A stretch of DNA of 64,000 nt from a virus (IMGVR_UViG_3300032116_000013:32001-96000); one strand, 5' to 3'. Counted from the first letter of the stretch, positions 38,419-45,723 are shown. Program-made: numbers and translations. Notes: a model not told the origin generated them from the sequence alone.

Positions 38419-38564
38419 TGAGTAAGCAAGATGTTGCTGGTTTCGCTGCTTTGACGTTTATCGTTCTGGTTGTTGTAGGAACGATTTGGTTGAACGTTGA
38501 AGTTTGGGGTGAATGCCGTCAAACGAATTCTTTTTGGTATTGCGTAAAATTGGTGAGCAAATAA
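38418..38564 (+). CDS. small membrane protein (48 aa)
   Basis: Read by eye; one TM and two Cys. Confidence 0.55.
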   Translation: MSKQDVAGFAALTFIVLVVVGTIWLNVEVWGECRQTNSFWYCVKLVSK

Positions 38565-38565
38565 T

Positions 38566-38970
38566 ATGGCAGTTGCAGTTCCCAAAGTTGGTTCGCGTGT
38601 TCGAGTGACTACGATGTACCCGAACACGTATGCGTATCGCAATGAGTATGACAATTATGTCACATACACTCGCGAGGGTGTTGTCGTTGAGTCAATCTTC
38701 CGCGATCCGTTCATGTTCGCTGTCAAGACTGGTGATCCTGATCATCCTGTCAGCGAGTACAACGCAAAATCTTTGCACGTTGTAAAGATCGAGTATGTTA
38801 CTGGATCAGCAACGCAAGTTGCGACTGACAAGAAAGCCTGGAAGGTCAAGAGCGGCAAGGGTGATGGGTTCTACATTGTTGAACGTGTCAATGGAAAGTT
38901 CTCTTGCACGTGTAAGGGTTTTGAGTTCCGCAAAGACTGTAAGCATGTGGGTGCTGTGAGTAAAAAGTAA
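38566..38970 (+). CDS. SWIM zinc-finger protein
   Basis: CTCKGFEFRKDCKH. Confidence 0.8.
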   Translation: MAVAVPKVGSRVRVTTMYPNTYAYRNEYDNYVTYTREGVVVESIFRDPFMFAVKTGDPDHPVSEYNAKSLHVVKIEYVTGSATQVATDKKAWKVKSGKGDGFYIVERVNGKFSCTCKGFEFRKDCKHVGAVSKK

Positions 38971-39341
38971 TGAGTGTGAATGATTATCAACAATCATTAG
39001 TTGCTGCTGGTGCGCGAGTGATCGCGTTCCAGGAGTTTGGTGATTGGCAAGGATCATGGGTTGCTTTGGTCGAGTACCAAGGGCAACGTGGCTGGGTGCA
39101 GGGATCATATGGTTCTTGCGACCACTGCGATGCGTTTCAATCAGAGTTTTCTTGGGATTCTGATTTTGCATGTGAAGATGTACAAGATCGTTTTGCTCAG
39201 TTCGGTCGCACATACTTGGATGATATTTTAACAACTGAGCAAGTGTTGAGTCGGTATAATGCTGATGCAGAATGGGATTCAGAGTCGGCAGACGCTGCTG
39301 CGTGGGTTTACCATGCTCAGCGGCAATATGGAGTTGAGTGA
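38970..39341 (+). CDS. hypothetical protein
   Basis: YGSCDHCDAF motif. Confidence 0.65.
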   Translation: MSVNDYQQSLVAAGARVIAFQEFGDWQGSWVALVEYQGQRGWVQGSYGSCDHCDAFQSEFSWDSDFACEDVQDRFAQFGRTYLDDILTTEQVLSRYNADAEWDSESADAAAWVYHAQRQYGVE

Positions 39342-39365
39342 TGAACGAACAAACTAAACGCTGGA

Positions 39366-39689
39366 TTGATGAGGAATATTGAAATGTCTGAAATGACTAA
39401 AATCGTATACAGTGCTTGCTATGGTGGTTTCGGTTTGTCTGAGAAGGCAATCAGCCGATACTGGGAACTCAAGGGCGAACCTTGCCCCAAAAATTGGTAC
39501 GATAGAGGAATTGACCGTACTGACCCGATTCTTGTTCAGGTCGTCGAGGAACTTGGCGAAGATGCAAATGGTCCCTATGCGAAGTTAAGAATCAAAGAAC
39601 TACCAAAGGGTACAATCTATCGCATCGATGAGTATGATGGTTTTGAGAGTGTGAAAACTCAAGATGATTATGATTGGAGTGTTGCTTGA
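39366..39689 (+). CDS. conserved phage hypothetical protein
   Basis: CYGGFGLS...R.DP.LVQVVEELG...IDEYDG.E. Confidence 0.7.
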   Translation: MMRNIEMSEMTKIVYSACYGGFGLSEKAISRYWELKGEPCPKNWYDRGIDRTDPILVQVVEELGEDANGPYAKLRIKELPKGTIYRIDEYDGFESVKTQDDYDWSVA

Positions 39690-39865
39690 TGAACGAACGA
39701 ATTAAAGAACTTGCTGAACAATGCGTTGGCGACAGACCATACAACAATTCATTTGATTATGAAAAGTTCGCCGAGTTGATTGTGGAAGATATTATGCAGG
39801 AATTGTTTATCAATGGATATGAAGATGCCTTTGATCACCTGAACAAGTATTTCGGAGTTGAGTGA
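39689..39865 (+). CDS. small hypothetical protein
   Basis: MNERIKELA...KFAELIV. Confidence 0.6.
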   Translation: MNERIKELAEQCVGDRPYNNSFDYEKFAELIVEDIMQELFINGYEDAFDHLNKYFGVE

Positions 39866-40254
39866 TGGGCACTAATTATTATGTTGTTGAGAATGTTTGC
39901 GAATGCTGTAAGCGATACGATGAAAAGTATCACATTGGCAAGAAGTCCTATGGTTGGGCATTCTCATTCCAAGGTTACAAGTATGATGGTCTGACCACTT
40001 GGCAAAAGTGGAAAGAGTATCTTGTTGACAAAATTATCTACGATGAATATGGCGAACAGATTTCATTTGATAAGTTTGTTGAATTGATAGAAATTTATGG
40101 CAGACCAGGTTATGTGTTTGTGAATGAGTATCATCCACAAGGTCGCAAGGTGAAGGTTCACAACGAAGAAGGTCGTAAGGAAGGCTGGTTCAATCCAGAG
40201 TGGGATTGGGATGACCCAGAAGGTTATTCGTTCTGCTCAAGAGAGTTTAGTTAG
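39865..40254 (+). CDS. hypothetical protein
   Basis: MGTNYY...HIGKKSYGWAF. Confidence 0.7.
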   Translation: MGTNYYVVENVCECCKRYDEKYHIGKKSYGWAFSFQGYKYDGLTTWQKWKEYLVDKIIYDEYGEQISFDKFVELIEIYGRPGYVFVNEYHPQGRKVKVHNEEGRKEGWFNPEWDWDDPEGYSFCSREFS

Positions 40255-40267
40255 CAGGAGTTGAGTG

Positions 40268-40687
40268 ATGAATGACCTAAATCTTGAAGGATTATCAGAC
40301 AAGCAACTGAGAATTTTTGCTGTGCGGTGTGCAAGACGAGTACAGCATCTGATGACTGACCCGAGGAGCGTTGCGGCACTTGATGTTGCCGAGCGTCACG
40401 CGAACGGACAGGCGACGGATGAGGAATTGAAAGTGGCATGGGATGCGGCGAATGCGGCGTGGGCTGCGGCGAATGCGGCGTGGGATGCGGCGCGGACTGC
40501 GGTGAGGGCTGCGGCGTTGGATGCGGCTGGGGCGGCGGCATCTTCAGCGCGGGATGCGGCGTGGTATGCGGCGTGGGCTACGGCTCGCCCAGCGGATGCG
40601 GCGCGGGCTGCGGGGGCTGCGGCGAGGGATGTTGAACGTGTTGAACAACAAAAGATTTTGGACGAGATTCGACAAGAGCAAATGTGA
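40268..40687 (+). CDS. Ala/Trp-repeat protein with Imm5-like N-terminus, copy 2
   Basis: Near-identical N- and C-termini to 34324-34671. Confidence 0.7.
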   Translation: MNDLNLEGLSDKQLRIFAVRCARRVQHLMTDPRSVAALDVAERHANGQATDEELKVAWDAANAAWAAANAAWDAARTAVRAAALDAAGAAASSARDAAWYAAWATARPADAARAAGAAARDVERVEQQKILDEIRQEQM

Positions 40688-40941
40688 TGATCCGCGACGA
40701 CATTATCCGCATGGCGAGGGAGGCGGGCATCTGCACGGGAAACAGCATCCTGCTGCCTGCCCCTGACGGGCAAATCGAAGCACTTGAACGCTTCGCCGCC
40801 CTCGCTACGGCTGAGAAAAACAAAGAGATTGAGCGGCTACGGGAAGTGCTAAACAAACTTGAATACTTCTGCGATGGCACCATTAGGCGATATCCAGATG
40901 AACATGAAGTGGAAGTTGCACTGCGGAGAGAGGAGCAATGA
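40687..40941 (+). CDS. hypothetical protein
   Basis: RDDIIRMAREAG...ERFAALA. Confidence 0.65.
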   Translation: MIRDDIIRMAREAGICTGNSILLPAPDGQIEALERFAALATAEKNKEIERLREVLNKLEYFCDGTIRRYPDEHEVEVALRREEQ

Positions 40942-41249
40942 CCCGCGACGACATTATCGGATGGATGCAAGAAGTTGGAGCGAAGAAAAGCGATCTGACC
41001 CCGCAAACCTATGATGGGTTTGTTGATATTTTTCAACGATTCGCTGCCCTTGCTGCCGAGCGAGAAAGAGAGGCTTGCGCTCAGTTGCTAGAGTCTCTAA
41101 CACTGGCATACCCTGATAGTGGTAAATTCACAATTGAACAATGTGTAAGAGCAATCAGATTGCGCAGCGTAAATCCAGAAAGTTTTGTGATGCTAAATGC
41201 ACCAACGCCCTATAAGAAAGGGTTTTGGGATCAACCAGAAATAAAGTAA
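40938..41249 (+). CDS. hypothetical protein, paralogue of the previous gene
   Basis: RDDII...QRFAALAAERERE. Confidence 0.65.
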   Translation: MTRDDIIGWMQEVGAKKSDLTPQTYDGFVDIFQRFAALAAEREREACAQLLESLTLAYPDSGKFTIEQCVRAIRLRSVNPESFVMLNAPTPYKKGFWDQPEIK

Positions 41250-41261
41250 GAGGATCGAATT

Positions 41262-41462
41262 ATGTTATCAGATGATGAATTGGAGGCATACGAACATGAT
41301 CTTGTTATTCTTCTTAATGCTTTGCAGCGAATCAAGCATAACAATTTCGCTGAGCAATTTACAAACGATCTTTACGCAAATGATCGTGCGCTCTTCGAAG
41401 AGTTGAAAGTGTTGTTTAATAAGAGAGATTCATATATGAGGAAGAGCAATGCACCATTCTAA
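41262..41462 (+). CDS. hypothetical protein
   Basis: In-operon ORF with GAGG RBS. Confidence 0.55.
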   Translation: MLSDDELEAYEHDLVILLNALQRIKHNNFAEQFTNDLYANDRALFEELKVLFNKRDSYMRKSNAPF

Positions 41463-41643
41463 GCCACAATGCTTCACTGACTTTCAGTGGAAGATCTATC
41501 AGCAAGAATTGCAAGAAGTCAAGAACAGCAAGACACTTGACATTTGCTTCGATTGTACGGTAGAATATCAGAGTAAGATGCGCAAGGAAGGCAAGTGTGC
41601 TTTCCCGATGAAGCGTCTTGATAGAATTGCGGAGTATGCATGA
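41449..41643 (+). CDS. small Cys-containing protein
   Basis: C..CFDC...C. Confidence 0.55.
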   Translation: MHHSKPQCFTDFQWKIYQQELQEVKNSKTLDICFDCTVEYQSKMRKEGKCAFPMKRLDRIAEYA

Positions 41644-41792
41644 TCATTCTTCCATTGCTTGATCTTTTGTTTCTTGGCATTTCTATTTTTGGTGCCGTGT
41701 ACAATCGCGGAACAATTGTTGGTTGGATGTGCACGTTCTTGGTGTTCTGGCAAATTTGGATGTTGATAAAATTCTTCAGAGAACATCCTTGA
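41640..41792 (+). CDS. small two-TM protein (50 aa)
   Basis: Read by eye; ATGA overlap. Confidence 0.5.
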   Translation: MIILPLLDLLFLGISIFGAVYNRGTIVGWMCTFLVFWQIWMLIKFFREHP

Positions 41793-41945
41793 TTTTTTTG
41801 GAATTGTACTATATAATATTTACTGTAACAAATTTCCAAGCGTGATTCGCGACGCCCAAACATTCTTTTGGTAGGATGAAGCATCCCAAGGTGCCCTTAG
41901 TATTTTCCCTCCGCACCGAAAACAGCGACCTTTTTAGTGTAAGAA

Positions 41946-42007
41946 CGTAAGTTATTGATTCTATTAGGTTTTTTAGTCTTTACTTTTCGACGCTTGTAGG
42001 GCATAAT
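41946..42007 (+). promoter_or_regulatory. repeated early promoter cassette E, upstream of the tRNA array
   Basis: Motif plus TTTACT-17-CATAAT. Confidence 0.8.
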
Positions 42008-42186
42008 AGTTCTATAGAGTTGAGTAAGGAAAGAAATATTGAGTAGTCGATAAAAGCGACTCACAGTGCTGATGCGGAACGAGACTGCGCGAGAGCACTA
42101 TAATATCTCGCAAATGGGCGGACAGGAAACATGAACGGGATGGCGAAAACTCCCATAGTAAGACTCCTGATGATATATGTAATTTT

Positions 42187-42261
42187 GCCTTCATAGCACA
42201 ACGGTAGTGCAACTGATTTGTAATCAGTAGGTTGGGAGTTCAAATCTCTCTGAAGGCACCA
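42187..42261 (+). tRNA. tRNA-Thr(TGT)
   Basis: Cloverleaf, loop TTTGTAA, CCA. Confidence 0.9.
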
Positions 42262-42444
42262 TATTGAAGCGCATTAGTATCTGGCTTGGAGAATGCCTAG
42301 AATTAAAAGAGAGTGGCTCCTTATTAAGACTCTGGCTAGTGTGTTTCAATATGGTTATCCTGACTGCTACCAGAGGTTCGTAGTAGCGGAGACTGTCACC
42401 CCGAAGCATAGTGTGACGCTGGATTAGTAACCAGCATTTTTTGC

Positions 42445-42519
42445 GGACCCATCGTCTAACGGTTAGGACACATCCCTTTCACGGATGGAATAGGGATTCG
42501 AATTCCCTTGGGTTCACCA
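42445..42519 (+). tRNA. tRNA-Glu(TTC)
   Basis: Loop CTTTCAC, CCA. Confidence 0.9.
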
Positions 42520-42525
42520 GATTTT

Positions 42526-42611
42526 GCGTAGTTGTGTGAGTGGTTAAAACAGACAGACTGTAAATCTGTTGCCTTCGGGCTACGGTGGTTCGAATCCATC
42601 ACTACGCACCA
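42526..42611 (+). tRNA. tRNA-Tyr(GTA)
   Basis: Loop CTGTAAA, long variable arm, CCA. Confidence 0.9.
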
Positions 42612-42628
42612 ATTTTTGTTATGATTTT

Positions 42629-42702
42629 GGGACTGAAACATTAAAGTGATGTAACGGACTTTTAATCCGTAAAAGAGGGAGCGTTACCCTCCAGTCCTAC
42701 CA
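42629..42702 (+). tRNA. tRNA-Lys(TTT), atypical T-loop
   Basis: Loop CTTTTAA; T-loop AGCGTTA. Confidence 0.85.
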
Positions 42703-42709
42703 TACGTTC

Positions 42710-42785
42710 GGGTCTATCGTATAACGGTGATTATATCTGGCTCTTAACCAGTTTGATGCAGGTTCGAATCCTGCTAGACCCACCA
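42710..42785 (+). tRNA. tRNA-Lys(CTT)
   Basis: Loop CTCTTAA, CCA. Confidence 0.9.
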
Positions 42786-42789
42786 ATTT

Positions 42790-42863
42790 ATCTCGATGGT
42801 GTAATGGTAGCATACGAGTCTCCAAAACTCTTGGTTGCGGTTCGAGTCCGTATCGGGATACCA
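42790..42863 (+). tRNA. tRNA-Trp(CCA)
   Basis: Loop CTCCAAA, CCA. Confidence 0.9.
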
Positions 42864-42865
42864 TT

Positions 42866-42914
42866 CTGTCTCTGATGAGTCCGTAGGGACGAAACGCTGT
42901 GAAGCGTCAGACAG
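42866..42914 (+). ncRNA. type I hammerhead ribozyme
   Basis: Stem I CTGTCT/AGACAG; core CTGATGA; stem II GTCC/GGAC; GAA; stem III ACGC/GCGT; GTC triplet ending at 42908. Confidence 0.9.
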
Positions 42915-43286
42915 CAGCGCGACCTTGTGGTGTAGCGTGATGCAAAAAACACGTGGGGTAAAAAGTCCATCATTAAGTTGGGAAAATCCACCTCTGTTTA
43001 GGTGCTGAGATGTATCCGATAGAGCCTGTGCATGGGCTTGTGTAGGCATCCAAAGCAAAACCACACTTTTGAATTCAGATGCATAGGTTCCTCGCGACCT
43101 TAAAAGCGAGCGCGTAGCATGATAACGAACTCTCATGCAGGAGCGGTGGTTACTTACACCGCACGTATTTTAAAAAATTCGCGCACCCGAGAAAAAGTAA
43201 CCAATCTTCACTCGAGCCGATCGCAGGAATACTTGACCCATCCTTCACGCCAACCAATACTGCGTGTAAACAACGGTCTCTTTTTT

Positions 43287-43361
43287 TGGCGTGTAGATCA
43301 GCGGTAGATCAAGTGACTGTTAATCACTCTGTCGTAGGTTCGATCCCTACCACGCCAGCCA
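43287..43361 (+). tRNA. tRNA-Asn(GTT)
   Basis: Loop CTGTTAA, CCA. Confidence 0.9.
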
Positions 43362-43547
43362 ACTTGGTGACATGCAAGAGCAGAATAATCTGCCTAGTAC
43401 CGTGTTCATCCGAATGTGTGATGGCTTGTCTGTTTGGGTAACACATTCGATATGAGGTGGAACAGAATAGATCATGCTGTGTGGGGGTATGATTGAGAAT
43501 AATTTAGTAGTGGGGATTCCCGCGAACGATAGCCCACACCATATTTT

Positions 43548-43621
43548 TGAGGGATAGATTAATGGCAGATCATCTGGCTTTGAACCAGAGAGTCGTGGTT
43601 CGAGTCCACGTCCCTCAGCCA
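43548..43621 (+). tRNA. tRNA-Gln(TTG)
   Basis: Loop CTTTGAA, CCA. Confidence 0.9.
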
Positions 43622-43633
43622 AAAACTAAAAAT

Positions 43634-43717
43634 GCGAGAGTGGCGGAACGGTATACGCGCTAGTCTTAGGAACTAGTACCGAAAGGTTTAAGAGTTCGAG
43701 TCTCTTCTCTCGCACCA
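43634..43717 (+). tRNA. tRNA-Leu(TAG)
   Basis: Loop CTTAGGA, long variable arm. Confidence 0.9.
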
Positions 43718-43734
43718 TTTTTGGAAATTATTTC

Positions 43735-43808
43735 GGGGATGTAGTTAAATGGGATAACTTCTGGTTTGCATCCAGAAATTGAGAGTTCGATTCTCTCCGT
43801 CTCCACCA
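43735..43808 (+). tRNA. tRNA-Ala(TGC)
   Basis: Loop TTTGCAT; G3:U70 pair. Confidence 0.9.
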
Positions 43809-44066
43809 TTTTTGTTATTCGTAAGCCATGGGTGATCGCAAAGCCCGAGTAACTGCGCCAAAAGAAAACTTCAGTTCTAGACACCTGAAGGTGAGACGCA
43901 GCAGATAGTGCGAATGACAATCTTTTTTGTTCACGTGTGTATGGTAACCCATATGTGATTAGCAGAAAAACCAAGCATATGCTAATGTACCTGATGTCCA
44001 TAGCAGACTTATGTCGAATAAGTCCAGCGCACAACTTGGAAATTGTGTGACGGTGAACAGCCTAAT

Positions 44067-44161
44067 TTGCGTCTAGTGTAATGGTAGCACAGGAAGTCCG
44101 AGACATCGCAAGATGGAGTAGGCATCAAAATGCCCAGACGTGGTTCGATTCCACGACGCAA
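44067..44161 (+). ncRNA. tRNA-like element lacking an anticodon arm and CCA
   Basis: TTGCGTC/GACGCAA stem, D-arm TAGTGTAATGGTAGCAC, T-loop GTTCGATT. Confidence 0.55.
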
Positions 44162-44418
44162 TCTAATATGCCCGAAGCCTCTGCAGCAATGTCGATCCAC
44201 TCTGTGTGGATCGCTGTACGCTTCGGCTATCTGACGTTCCGACTCATAATCGGATAGTGTGCGTCCGCACGATGAGAAGCGAGATCATGACTCGCAGGAC
44301 CTTACTCTTGGGTAGAGAAGAGCGTTGGCAATACGAAAATCTCCCTGTGGTGTGAAGCGGGTGGAAGGTGTAGAATTACACTACAATTACCGCCAGCAGG
44401 GGGAAGCAACTAATTTTT

Positions 44419-44507
44419 GGAAGTGTGGGTGAGTGGTTGTAAACCAACAGTCTTGAAAACTGTCTGTCCGCAAGGGCACGTAGGTTCGAATCCTACCACT
44501 TCCGCCA
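44419..44507 (+). tRNA. tRNA-Ser(TGA)
   Basis: Loop CTTGAAA, long variable arm. Confidence 0.9.
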
Positions 44508-44512
44508 AATTT

Positions 44513-44587
44513 GCGCGATTAACTCAGCGGTAGAGTAGCGCCTTTACACGGCGAATGTCGGGAGTTCAATCCTCTCATCGCGCACCA
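44513..44587 (+). tRNA. tRNA-Val(TAC)
   Basis: Loop TTTACAC. Confidence 0.9.
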
Positions 44588-44591
44588 TCTT

Positions 44592-44665
44592 GCCCCTTTA
44601 GTTCAATAGTAGAACACTAAACTGATAATTTAGAAACGGTGGAGCGTAACCACCAAGGGGCACCA
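44592..44665 (+). tRNA. tRNA-Ile(GAT), atypical T-loop
   Basis: Loop CTGATAA; T-loop AGCGTAA. Confidence 0.85.
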
Positions 44666-44670
44666 ATTAC

Positions 44671-44746
44671 GGTGGCTGTCGTCAAGTGGTTAAGACCATG
44701 GGTTGTGATCCCATTATCGTGGGTTCGATCCCCACCAGTCACCCCA
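44671..44746 (+). tRNA. tRNA-His(GTG)
   Basis: Loop TTGTGAT; G-1:C73. Confidence 0.9.
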
Positions 44747-44750
44747 TCTT

Positions 44751-44826
44751 GCGCTCGTAGTCTAGAGGATGAGGCATCTGCCTTCTAAGCAGATTAACGC
44801 AGGTTCGAGTCCTGCCGAGCGCGCCA
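44751..44826 (+). tRNA. tRNA-Arg(TCT)
   Basis: Loop CTTCTAA. Confidence 0.9.
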
Positions 44827-44827
44827 A

Positions 44828-44901
44828 GCCTCTTTAGTTCAATAGCAGAACACATTCTTGGTAAGGATGAAACGATGGAGCGTAACCATCATGAGGCACC
44901 A
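44828..44901 (+). tRNA. tRNA-Thr(GGT), atypical T-loop
   Basis: Loop TTGGTAA; T-loop AGCGTAA; one acceptor mismatch. Confidence 0.8.
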
Positions 44902-44906
44902 ATTTC

Positions 44907-44986
44907 GGCTCTTGGGACTGCATGGTGTGGTCGCTCGCCTGTCACGCGAGATATTCAGATGGGATCGTTACCCATAAGAGTCGCCA
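44907..44986 (+). tRNA. tRNA-Asp(GTC), atypical T-loop
   Basis: Loop CTGTCAC; T-loop ATCGTTA. Confidence 0.85.
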
Positions 44987-44991
44987 TATTT

Positions 44992-45079
44992 GGAAGGTTG
45001 GCAGAGCGGTGATTGCAAGAGTTTGCTAAACTCTCGTCCAGCAATGGGCGCATAGGTTCGAATCCTATACCTTCCGCCA
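44992..45079 (+). tRNA. tRNA-Ser(GCT)
   Basis: Loop TTGCTAA, long variable arm. Confidence 0.9.
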
Positions 45080-45084
45080 TTTTT

Positions 45085-45160
45085 GGCAGTGTAGCATAGC
45101 GGCTAATGCGGCACCTTCATACGGTGAAGATCGTGTGTTCGAATCACACCACTGCTACCA
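45085..45160 (+). tRNA. tRNA with CAT anticodon (Met or Ile2)
   Basis: Loop TTCATAC; G1:U72. Confidence 0.85.
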
Positions 45161-45164
45161 ATTT

Positions 45165-45239
45165 GCTGCTTTAACTGAGATAGATTAGTGCGAGTCTGAA
45201 GAACTCGATAGGTTGGTGCGATACCAACAGGCAGCACCA
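45165..45239 (+). tRNA. tRNA-Phe(GAA), atypical T-loop
   Basis: Loop CTGAAGA; T-loop TGCGATA. Confidence 0.85.
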
Positions 45240-45323
45240 ATCGCGACGACCCACTATCGTTAACAGTGGCGCTGCACCCAGAAGCGAGAGAAGAACCATG
45301 GTGGATCGACTGGGATTTGTTTT

Positions 45324-45398
45324 GCCCCTATAGTGAAATGGAGATCACGCGATGCTACGAACGTCGTATTCCAGGTTCGAGTCCTGGTAGGGGTGCCA
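45324..45398 (+). tRNA. tRNA-Arg(ACG)
   Basis: Loop CTACGAA. Confidence 0.9.
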
Positions 45399-45411
45399 AC
45401 TAAATATATGC

Positions 45412-45723
45412 ATGAACATGAATTTACAAAAAACACTACAAACATTTGCTGCGATTGCTGGAGCAATTTCCATCATCATCGTCGCATATGAATGGGTTGC
45501 CAGTAAACAATATGTTCAGCAAGCGACTGATCCAATTTCAAAAGATGTCAAACAAATTCTAGCGATTGGCATTGCGGATCAGATCAGCACACTTCACCGT
45601 TATAATTGCAACAATCCAGATGATGATCAGTTTGTGAGTCTAATGCGTGAAAAGAAATTGAAATTTGCAGAACTTACAGGGCGCGAATATATGGAAGTGC
45701 CTTGTGATAAGTTATCGAATTAA
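45412..45723 (+). CDS. single-TM hypothetical protein inside the tRNA array
   Basis: N-terminal TM, two Cys; CTAAATA upstream. Confidence 0.65.
   Translation: MNMNLQKTLQTFAAIAGAISIIIVAYEWVASKQYVQQATDPISKDVKQILAIGIADQISTLHRYNCNNPDDDQFVSLMREKKLKFAELTGREYMEVPCDKLSN

Noticed and set aside
40251-41036. Pro-rich and Gly/Cys-rich ORFs in other frames or on the minus strand
   Set aside because: Shadows of the GC-rich Ala/Trp repeat gene.
42143-42175. Second hammerhead (GAAAAC...GTA...CTGATGA)
   Set aside because: Extra A in the core and no workable stem I or stem II.
43830-43848. c-di-GMP-I riboswitch (CGCAAAGCC)
   Set aside because: Only a short match; the other conserved hairpin and a downstream gene are missing.
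44091-44100. RNase P RNA (AGGAAGTCC resembles the P4 motif)
   Set aside because: Motif is imperfect, the matching 3' conserved region is absent, and the context is a tRNA-like fold.
45303-45310. tmRNA (GGATCGAC)
   Set aside because: No Ala-type acceptor stem, T-arm/CCA partner or tag reading frame was found.
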